A stretch of 64,000 bases of DNA. Origin: Clostridia bacterium. GTDB lineage: Bacteria; Bacillota; Clostridia; Oscillospirales; CAG-382. Below the pieces are notes generated by a model. That model saw only the letters and a list, made by a program, of their open reading frames with translations, had not been told where the DNA came from and searched no databases. The stretch covers positions 5,286 to 69,285 of the forward strand of contig JAFQHW010000027.1 of the NCBI GenBank assembly GCA_017397805.1, in the 5' to 3' direction. The number at the start of each line of letters is the position of its first letter. The stretch's first letter is position 1. Made by a program: the position numbers and the translations under genes. Below are positions 56,500 through 64,000 of this stretch, piece after piece.

Positions 56500-58194
56500 A
56501 TGTATAAAAACAGAAAAAAGAATTATCCTTACTATAAGGTTCGTCCTTGCGAGAGCATAAGAATGCTCGTTGATTCTTCAGCAGAGCTCTTTGCTGATAA
56601 GCCTGCTTTAAAATATCGCATCAACGGTACAGATTATTCTGTAACATATAGCGAATTTAAAAGAACCGTTGATAGTTTAGGTACCGCTTTTTATAGCTTG
56701 GGAGTGGGGGAAAGTCACATTGCCATTATAGGCGACAACTGCTTCCATTGGGTTTTAAGCTATGTTACAGCTCTTATTTCAGAAGCAGTGGTAATCCCTG
56801 TGGACAAAGAGCTATCTGCCGAAGATATATTTAATATTCTTGAGCATTCTGAGTGCGAAGCGGTAATTTATACAAAATCGGTAAAGAATAAGCTTGATTT
56901 AATAAAAGAGAAGTTACCGTTGGTTAAGACTTATATTGCTATGGACGTAGTTTCTGACGACCATAATCAATATACCATTGATAGCTTGCGCTCTCAAGGT
57001 GAGCGTTTGCTTGAAGAAGGCGATACGAGATTTTTGGACGTTGTTCCCGATATGCACGGGCTGAAGCAGCTTATTTATACTTCGGGCACTACGGGAAAGA
57101 GCAAGGGTGTTATGCTTTCCCAGGACACTTTGTGCTTTAACGTAGTTAAGAGTCAGGAGCTTATGAATATAACGGAGCGCGCACTGTCTGTTTTACCTTA
57201 TAATCATTGCTATGAAGCAACTTGCGGCTTGCTTACCATGTTGCACCACGGCATGACTATTTGTATTAATGAAAGTTTACGCACGATAATACCCAATTTT
57301 AAAAAGTATAAGCCTACGGAAATGCAAATCGTCCCGCTGTATGCAGAGAATTTTCATAAGCGTATCGTCGCTACCATTGAAGATAAAGGGCTTACAAAGA
57401 AGTTCAATATGGGTCAAAAGTTAAGCAAGATGCTGTTAAAGCTTGGTATTGATAAAAGACGTGAGCTTTTTAAAGATATACACGAAACCTTTGGCGGTGA
57501 GTTGAAAGCTTTTATTTGCGGCGGTGCGCCGCTAAAGAGTGAGATTACAAGGTTTTTCGAAAGTATAGGCATAATAATGATTAACGGTTACGGTATAACC
57601 GAATGCGGTCCTTTGATTTCTATAAACCGTCCTGAGTATTATAACTTCAACTCCGTAGGATTGCCTTTAAAGGACACGGTCGTTATGATCGACAATCCTA
57701 ACGAGAACGGAGAGGGCGAAATTATAGTTAAGGGCAGAAACGTTATGCTGGGCTATTATAAGAACCCAGAAGAAACAAATGCTGTTATAAAAGACGGCTT
57801 CTTTTATACCGGAGATATCGGAAAGATTGACAAAGACGGTTTTTTATATATCACCGGCAGAAAGAAGAATCTTATTGTGCTTAAAAACGGTAAGAATATT
57901 TATCCCGAGGAAATGGAAGCACAGTTGATGGATATACCGTATATATCAGAGGTTGTTGTATATTCTGCGGTTTTGCCGGAAGGCGCCGGCAAGGCTTTGG
58001 GGGTGGAGATATTCCCTAATTATGAGTTTGCCGCCACACAGGGGATTGAAGACGTTGAAGCTGAAATTCGCAGAGCTATCAGTGAATTTAATAAGAATCA
58101 ACCCCCGTATCGTGTTATCAAACAAATTAAGTTGAGAGCTACGGAGTTTGAGAAAACCACCACGAAAAAAATAAAACGCAATTACAATATTTGA
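56500..58194 (+). CDS. Long-chain fatty acid--CoA ligase (AMP-binding enzyme family)
   Basis: 564 aa with YTSGTTGKSKGV, GYGITE and the late motifs TGDIG...GRKKNLI. Confidence 0.9.
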   Translation: MYKNRKKNYPYYKVRPCESIRMLVDSSAELFADKPALKYRINGTDYSVTYSEFKRTVDSLGTAFYSLGVGESHIAIIGDNCFHWVLSYVTALISEAVVIPVDKELSAEDIFNILEHSECEAVIYTKSVKNKLDLIKEKLPLVKTYIAMDVVSDDHNQYTIDSLRSQGERLLEEGDTRFLDVVPDMHGLKQLIYTSGTTGKSKGVMLSQDTLCFNVVKSQELMNITERALSVLPYNHCYEATCGLLTMLHHGMTICINESLRTIIPNFKKYKPTEMQIVPLYAENFHKRIVATIEDKGLTKKFNMGQKLSKMLLKLGIDKRRELFKDIHETFGGELKAFICGGAPLKSEITRFFESIGIIMINGYGITECGPLISINRPEYYNFNSVGLPLKDTVVMIDNPNENGEGEIIVKGRNVMLGYYKNPEETNAVIKDGFFYTGDIGKIDKDGFLYITGRKKNLIVLKNGKNIYPEEMEAQLMDIPYISEVVVYSAVLPEGAGKALGVEIFPNYEFAATQGIEDVEAEIRRAISEFNKNQPPYRVIKQIKLRATEFEKTTTKKIKRNYNI

Positions 58195-58209
58195 TTATAA
58201 GGTGTTCAT

Positions 58210-59253
58210 ATGAAAATACTTGTTTCTTTTTTCATTGCAGCGGTTTTAGCACTGTCGCTTTGTTCTTGCGGTAATGACCAAGCTGTCGATATTAATAACT
58301 CAAAAGAAGACCCCTTTGAAAGTAATGTGTCTTTAGAGGAAAGTTCGGGAGCTTTAGAGAAAGAAACAAGTTGTGAAAGTTCGGAAGAAAGTCAAAACGC
58401 GATTGAATCCGAGGCGGCAACAGGTGTTTTTGCCGATTCTAAGTTTCAAAGCTATGAGGTGCTAAATTATGTAGCTTTAGGAGATTCTATTGCGCGCGGT
58501 TATGGTTTGAAAGACCCGGTTAGCGGATGCTATCCTGCCTTGCTGTCAAAAGCTCTTTCTAAGGTTTTACCCAACACTTCGGTGAATTACACAAATTATG
58601 CGGTTGACGGTTTAACCACGGAAGGACTTATAAGACTGTTGTCCGACGGATGCGAAAATGTTGACGGAGCGGATTTAATAACTGTTTCCATAGGCGCAAA
58701 CAATCTGCTTGGCCCTTTTATATCGGTTGCAGAAAAACACATGGCAGAGTTTGTTACTTCTCCCGATGATATTACTGAGGAATCTTTGTCAAGTTCCACT
58801 TTTATAAACTCATTAAAGGCTATTCAAGAAGAGCTGGAGAGTGATGCATTTGCGGCTGTTATGCAGAACGGTATAGCAAAGCTTGATTCTGAGCTCGATG
58901 GCATTATCAACGAGCTTAAACGCCGTTCCCCCCACGCCGTTATCGTTGTTATGACTGTTTACAGTCCTTATCACGGTATTGATTTGTCACTTCCGTATCT
59001 TAGTCTTTCTTTTGATTTAGGCTCTTTGTCTGACAAGTGGGTATCGGAATTAGATGTTGAGATTAGACGTATCGTAGAAGAAAACGAATGCATTTTGGTG
59101 GAAACCTACGACTCTTTTGAGACGATGGGAGGATTGGTTAACGCTTCTTTATCGCTTTTGCCTTTAAACGTTTCTTTTGATCCGCACCCCAATCAAAAAG
59201 GACATGCTTTGCTTTCTAATTTGCATATGAATGTTATAAGCGCTATTAAATAG
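58210..59253 (+). CDS. SGNH/GDSL hydrolase lipoprotein
   Basis: 347 aa with lipobox LSLCSCGN, block I ALGDSIARG, block III SIGANN and block V DPHPN. Confidence 0.85.
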   Translation: MKILVSFFIAAVLALSLCSCGNDQAVDINNSKEDPFESNVSLEESSGALEKETSCESSEESQNAIESEAATGVFADSKFQSYEVLNYVALGDSIARGYGLKDPVSGCYPALLSKALSKVLPNTSVNYTNYAVDGLTTEGLIRLLSDGCENVDGADLITVSIGANNLLGPFISVAEKHMAEFVTSPDDITEESLSSSTFINSLKAIQEELESDAFAAVMQNGIAKLDSELDGIINELKRRSPHAVIVVMTVYSPYHGIDLSLPYLSLSFDLGSLSDKWVSELDVEIRRIVEENECILVETYDSFETMGGLVNASLSLLPLNVSFDPHPNQKGHALLSNLHMNVISAIK

Positions 59254-59281
59254 CATAAATCACAAGAAGGTACCATAAAAG

Positions 59282-60100
59282 ATGATAAAAGATATTTTAA
59301 AGTCAAAATTTGTAGTCGAAATATGCGAAACGGCTACGAATATGTATCGCCTGGGTTGGGATGAAAGAAACGGTGGAAATATAAGCTGTTTATTGACTGA
59401 AGACGAGGTGTGCGAATATTTATCTCCCGAAAAGGTTTTAAGATGCATTCCCTTGGGATTTGACGGAAGTGCACTTTCGGGTAAAGCTTTATTAGTAACG
59501 GGTACGGGTAAATATTTTAAAAACATAGCGTCCGACCCCGAAACCAATCTCGGCATAATAAGAATATCCGATGACGGGAACAACGCCGAGGTGTTATGGG
59601 GTTTTAAAGACGGCGGTAGATTTACCAGCGAGTTGCCCACGCATATAATGACTCACGTTGCAAGGCTTAAAGTGGATCCCTATCATAGAGTAGTTATGCA
59701 CAGTCACCCAACTAATACTCTTGCCATGACGAGAGTTCATCCCCTTGAAGCAAGAGAGTTTACGCGTTCTTTGTGGCAAACCTGTAGTGAATGCATCATG
59801 GTGTTTCCCGATGGTATTGGGGTATTGCCGTGGATGGTTTGCGGCACGAATGAGATCGGTGTTGCTACTGCAGATTTGATGAATGAACATAGGCTTGTTA
59901 TTTGGGGGATACACGGTATATACGGCACGGGAAATAGTTTGGACGAAGCCTTTGGACTTATAGAAACGGTTGAAAAAGCCGCTCAGCTGTACATGCTGAC
60001 AGCTCATTTGCCGATACTTAACACAATAACAGACGACGAACTAAAGGCTCTTGCGGAAAGCTTGTCTTTGGATTATCGTAAGGATTATCTGAATATATAA
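59282..60100 (+). CDS. rhaD: Rhamnulose-1-phosphate aldolase (class II aldolase)
   Basis: 272 aa with GWDERNGGNIS, the metal-binding HSHP, and IWGIHG. Confidence 0.85.
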   Translation: MIKDILKSKFVVEICETATNMYRLGWDERNGGNISCLLTEDEVCEYLSPEKVLRCIPLGFDGSALSGKALLVTGTGKYFKNIASDPETNLGIIRISDDGNNAEVLWGFKDGGRFTSELPTHIMTHVARLKVDPYHRVVMHSHPTNTLAMTRVHPLEAREFTRSLWQTCSECIMVFPDGIGVLPWMVCGTNEIGVATADLMNEHRLVIWGIHGIYGTGNSLDEAFGLIETVEKAAQLYMLTAHLPILNTITDDELKALAESLSLDYRKDYLNI

Positions 60101-60117
60101 AATATTTAAGCACCAAG

Positions 60118-60148
60118 TCAAAACCACCGGTTGAACCGGTGGTTTTGA
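60118..60148. terminator. Bidirectional terminator between rhaD and the beta-helix gene
   Basis: 13-bp stem TCAAAACCACCGG / CCGGTGGTTTTGA with a 5-nt loop. Confidence 0.8.
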
Positions 60149-60162
60149 TTATAAAATTGGGG

Positions 60163-62673
60163 TTAAGGACGAAAACCGCCACCGCCGCCGCTGCTACCTG
60201 CAATACCATTGGAAGGTATTGTAAAGCTGCTGCTGTATGAGCCTGCAGAAATCGTATATGTGCCCCCTATTTTTATATCGGGACTGCTAACGAGGATAGA
60301 GGCGAAGGTTTTCTTTGCCGTCCAGGTCAAAACTACATTGCCTGCGCTGTCCTTAACAGTAACCGTTGTGTTTACGGGACAAGAAGAAAGGTTGTACAAA
60401 ATACTGCCTTGATTGGTGACAGAGCTGAAATTCATCGCCATGCCCGTTGAGCCGGTTGACATAATGGTTCCGCCGCTGATTTTTGCGGTAGCATCGTAAT
60501 CGAGAGAACCGTTGCCGCCGCTTGTGGGGCCTGCGAGTTCTATGTTGCCACCCGTAACCTCAAGAGTGCCGTTAGAGTCTATGCCGTCACCGTTTGCGTT
60601 AATAAAAAGTGTACCGCCGGAAATTTTAATTGAGCCGGTGCTGGAGGAGAATTTATCGCCGGGTCTGCCCGGTCTTGAGGTTGATGAACCGCTGGAGTCA
60701 ACACCGCCAGCCGCGTTAAGGCCGTCATCGCTGGCAACTAAGCTTACGTTTCCGTTGGTTATAACGATATTTGTGGCCTCAAGTCCTTCGTAACTCTTAG
60801 TTATATTTATTGTTCCGCCGCCGATATTCAGCGTGGTATCAGCGTGGAGTCCGTCATCGCCCGTTTCGATATTTACAGTACCGCCGTTCACGTTTATTAC
60901 TGCATTGGAGTGTACACCGTCATCAGCACAGTTGAGAGTTATAGCTCCACCTTTAATAGTAAGATCGCCGACAGATTTAATCCCCTTTGCACTTTCCGTA
61001 CCGTTGCTGTATGCGGAAGAACCGCCACCGGATTTAATGTTAACAGTGCCGTTTGCAAGCGTAATAGTGCCCTCTGTTTGAATACCGTCAAATGCAGTTG
61101 TGATATCGATGTTGCCGCCGCTTACAACTATATTTCCCGTAGCGTTAATTCCGTCGTCCGCTGTATCGAAATCAAAAGCAGTTCCGTTGTTTACGGTTAA
61201 TACGCCAACTGATTTAACACCTTTGCCGCTGAGTGTGGTCGATAGGGAAGTTCCGCTTCCGCCGCCGCATTTACCTTTAAAGCTTCCTCCGTTGAATGTG
61301 GTATAGCCTTGACCGCTTATGCCGTCGCCGCCCGCGGTTATATCGGCATATACGGATCCGTTAATGTTAGCAGAGTAGAAAAAGCCGGAGGCAGTACTAT
61401 CAATGTTTTCTGCATGGAAACCATCCTTGCCTGCGTTAATCACGTACGTGCCGCCGCCCAATCTTACACTGTTTTTACCGCAGATTGCGTGACCGCTTGA
61501 CGTTATATTATAATAACCACCGGTAATAACCAAATCGTCTTTGGAAACTATACCGTGTCCCGCAGGGGATTGTATTGTCAAATTGCCGCCACCGTTAAGT
61601 GTGACGTCGGTCTTTGAAAAAATGGCGCTATCTACATTGTTTTCGTCGATCGTTATAAAGGAGCTTCCCGAAATAAGGGTATTGGAGGTCCCTGAAGGAA
61701 TAGTTATAAAAACTTTGTCAGCCTGCTTGGAATATATGGGTGCAAAGGTAGAGCTTGCGATCGTAACGTTATTCAATATGATCTGTACCTTGTCGGTCTC
61801 TTCTGCATCAACTTTGACATATCCGTTGGTTAAGCTTCCGCTTATTAAATAAGTACCTTCATCCTTAATCGTGGCGGTCATACCGGATACGGTTACTTTG
61901 GCAGGTGCATTACAGGATATAGACGTGCGGTTTAGAGATATGCGAACAGCTTCTGTCATTGTGTATGTCGTTTCTAAATCTCTTTTTGTAAACATGGAAT
62001 CGCTAGTGGGTATGTCAACTTCGGGTGTGCTTGTGTTATCCTCAGGTACCGAGCTGTCATCTTGGGGCGTGGAACTGTTAGCAGAGGACGTTGTATCCTC
62101 AGGTTTTGAGGATGCGTTATCTTGGTTGGGAGTGGAGGTTGTGTTTTGAATTTCGCTTTCAACCGTACTCTCAACTGTGCTTGATACTGTGCTTTCAACT
62201 GTACTTTCGTTATTACTGTTATCCGCATCTGGCTTTGAAACGCTGTTATCTCCGATATCACCCACGTTTGATGAGTCGTTTCCGACGCTTTCGCTGTCGT
62301 TGGTGCTGATTTCAACCGTGCTGTCATCGGGTGCGTCAGTTTCCGAACCGCCACCTTGCGAGTCTTCGGAAGAATCGCTGATTTCGGAAGAATCGGTAGG
62401 GGAGTTATCTTCGGAAACATTAACGTCGTTGGAAATTTCTTCGGAGGATTCTAAGTCTGCATCGTTTTCTGAAGATGCATCGGGGGTGCTGATAGCTTCA
62501 GAATCGGAAACAGAAGAACTATCGTCTTTGGAAACGTCTTCACCGTCGTCGCCTGTGAGCATAATTGCGCAGACTATACCTGCAACAATCGCTACGGATA
62601 CAACCGCACTTAACGTAATAGCTAAAGCCTTTTTCAACTTAAAAAACTCTTTTATCTTGTTTATGATGCTCAT
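60163..62673 (-). CDS. Membrane-anchored extracellular beta-helix protein (Cthe_2159-like carbohydrate-binding domain family) with a long Ser/Asp/Glu-rich linker
   Basis: 836 aa. The N-terminal TM segment is ALAITLSAVVSVAIVAGIVCAIML, followed by about 190 aa of low complexity. It then has FTKRDLETTY and many G-rich turns (GDDGLHA, ADDGVHS, SDDGLNA, GDGIDSNG), and a Gly-rich tail. Confidence 0.75.
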   Translation of the reverse strand: MSIINKIKEFFKLKKALAITLSAVVSVAIVAGIVCAIMLTGDDGEDVSKDDSSSVSDSEAISTPDASSENDADLESSEEISNDVNVSEDNSPTDSSEISDSSEDSQGGGSETDAPDDSTVEISTNDSESVGNDSSNVGDIGDNSVSKPDADNSNNESTVESTVSSTVESTVESEIQNTTSTPNQDNASSKPEDTTSSANSSTPQDDSSVPEDNTSTPEVDIPTSDSMFTKRDLETTYTMTEAVRISLNRTSISCNAPAKVTVSGMTATIKDEGTYLISGSLTNGYVKVDAEETDKVQIILNNVTIASSTFAPIYSKQADKVFITIPSGTSNTLISGSSFITIDENNVDSAIFSKTDVTLNGGGNLTIQSPAGHGIVSKDDLVITGGYYNITSSGHAICGKNSVRLGGGTYVINAGKDGFHAENIDSTASGFFYSANINGSVYADITAGGDGISGQGYTTFNGGSFKGKCGGGSGTSLSTTLSGKGVKSVGVLTVNNGTAFDFDTADDGINATGNIVVSGGNIDITTAFDGIQTEGTITLANGTVNIKSGGGSSAYSNGTESAKGIKSVGDLTIKGGAITLNCADDGVHSNAVINVNGGTVNIETGDDGLHADTTLNIGGGTINITKSYEGLEATNIVITNGNVSLVASDDGLNAAGGVDSSGSSTSRPGRPGDKFSSSTGSIKISGGTLFINANGDGIDSNGTLEVTGGNIELAGPTSGGNGSLDYDATAKISGGTIMSTGSTGMAMNFSSVTNQGSILYNLSSCPVNTTVTVKDSAGNVVLTWTAKKTFASILVSSPDIKIGGTYTISAGSYSSSFTIPSNGIAGSSGGGGGFRP

Positions 62674-62708
62674 TTTAATATCTCCTTAAAATAAATTGAA
62701 GGGGCAGA

Positions 62709-63404
62709 TCAAAGCTCTGTCCCTGTGGTTTCTTGTCTGAAAATGCTAATTTCAAGGTTGCCGTTTCTGCAACGCAACTTATCGATAAAGTCTTTTTCGC
62801 TGTCAGCTTTTTTAAGCGTAATGTCGTATGTAAGCTTATAAAGACTGCCCATGTTAGCGGTTTTTACTTTTACAAGTTCGGACGAGGAGGTGTATTCTTC
62901 GATAATATCCTTAAAAGCATCTGTGTAGTTAAGATCTTCGGGTACCGTTATCATCATCATCTTGTAAACGGAAGCTCTTTTTCTCGCTCCGAAATTTAAT
63001 CCGGAGAGAGCGGTATAAGCAATAGTCATAATAATTGCAAACAGTAAAGAATGACCTAAAAAGCCTGTACCTGCGATAAGTCCGGTAGCCATTGCAAGGA
63101 ATATTACAGCAATTTCTTTAGCAGTACCGGGGGCGGAACGGAATCTAACCAAGCCGAAAGCGCCGGCAACTGCAACACCAATACCGATATTACTGTTAAC
63201 AGCCATTATAACAACGCAAACCATTGCAGGTAATAAAGCGAGTGTTATAGCAAAGCTTTTTGTGTACTTAGCCTTAAACATATAGCCTAACGAAATTATC
63301 ATACCCGCTAAGAGAGATCCGGCTATACATATAATAAAATCTTTTACGTCTATTGCGTATATGCCTTCGATTTCAAAAACGCTTTCAAAAATTTTGCTAA
63401 GCAT
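62709..63404 (-). CDS. DUF4956-like polytopic membrane protein
   Basis: 231 aa with four or more TM segments followed by a soluble C-terminal domain (VYKMMMITVPEDLNY...YKLTYDITLK). AAAGGAGG precedes the ATG. It overlaps the upstream VTC gene by 8 nt. Confidence 0.65.
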   Translation of the reverse strand: MLSKIFESVFEIEGIYAIDVKDFIICIAGSLLAGMIISLGYMFKAKYTKSFAITLALLPAMVCVVIMAVNSNIGIGVAVAGAFGLVRFRSAPGTAKEIAVIFLAMATGLIAGTGFLGHSLLFAIIMTIAYTALSGLNFGARKRASVYKMMMITVPEDLNYTDAFKDIIEEYTSSSELVKVKTANMGSLYKLTYDITLKKADSEKDFIDKLRCRNGNLEISIFRQETTGTEL

Positions 63405-64000
63405 ACAATATGCCTCCTTTATTTTCGTTCAAAATTGTTGTTAAGTAAACGTTGCCGTATTTGGAAAAAGATGCTTTAAAAATGTGGTTATCGGTCAATA
63501 CCTTTGTCATCCATAACGGCATGCCACCTGAAGTTTTGATTTCCATCAAAGTATATTCTTCATCGAGCAAAGTGGTTCCCCAAACATCCTTTTCCAAACT
63601 AAGCTCTTCACGACGGCTTATGATGTTTTCGTCAAGAGTGACTCGAAAATCACTGCCATTAATATCGTAATAAGCCTCGCGCTCGTAAGAAAGAAAAACA
63701 GCGGGCTTTAGGGTTTTATAATGCTCTATACAATAGTCGATCTCGTTTGAAATTTGACACTTTTCAAAGGGGTACATGCCTGTTTTTATCCATTCCATAG
63801 CGCATTCCTGCGGGAGGGATATTCTTCTCTTGTAAACAATGTCATCAAATTTCTTTTTTAATTCAACAAACACAGGGTCATCCTTGTTGGCTTGTTGATA
63901 GCTTCTTATACGAAGCTTCTCTTTATAGATCGGTTTTTCAATAGATCTGCGTATCAACAAGTAATTATCGGTGTCGTAGTATATGTTCCTGATGGTTGTT
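63397..64000 (-). CDS. VTC-domain (polyphosphate polymerase-like) protein, N-terminus outside the window
   Basis: The frame stays open to the window edge (...TTIRNIYYDTDNYLLIRRSIEKPIYKEKLRIRSY...VFVELKKK..IVYKRRISL). The YYDT...KLRIR...ELK...KR pattern matches the Vtc4-type tunnel domain. Confidence 0.7.
   Translation of the reverse strand, partial: TTIRNIYYDTDNYLLIRRSIEKPIYKEKLRIRSYQQANKDDPVFVELKKKFDDIVYKRRISLPQECAMEWIKTGMYPFEKCQISNEIDYCIEHYKTLKPAVFLSYEREAYYDINGSDFRVTLDENIISRREELSLEKDVWGTTLLDEEYTLMEIKTSGGMPLWMTKVLTDNHIFKASFSKYGNVYLTTILNENKGGILYA

Overview
This is a 64-kb chromosomal window from a low-GC Gram-positive anaerobe (Clostridia). Three dockerin-bearing secreted proteins and BspA-type leucine-rich repeats suggest a Ruminococcus-like member of the Oscillospiraceae, but that is inference only. 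I call about 57 protein-coding genes and 2 tRNAs (Lys-UUU, Pro-GGG). There is no rRNA and no CRISPR array. Most of the window is tightly packed core housekeeping. It includes lexA, mrnC, cysS, rimO, recX and recA in one co-directional array, plus prs, murI, dnaD/dnaC-like loaders, rnhA, apbE, mtaB, holA, comEC, alaS, sstT, ppdK, pth, mfd, tyrS, alr and nnr. The unusual parts are: (1) the right end of an IS200/IS605-type element (TnpB C-terminus plus a probable omega-RNA region) next to tRNA-Lys; (2) a 1006-aa multidomain dockerin/LRR surface protein, preceded by a perfect 80-bp tandem duplication of its promoter and bracketed by two hairpins with identical stems; (3) two further dockerin proteins; (4) an internally duplicated DUF1538 membrane protein translationally coupled to a fused double PII-like protein; (5) a small variable spot between ygjV and ppdK with gene relics and an orphan ORF; (6) at the right edge, a VTC-domain (polyphosphate-polymerase-like) / DUF4956 / membrane-anchored beta-helix (Cthe_2159-like) operon. 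I consider (6) the best candidate for a functionally undescribed system here, and it is truncated by the window end. All family assignments come from reading motifs in the translations. No database search was run.
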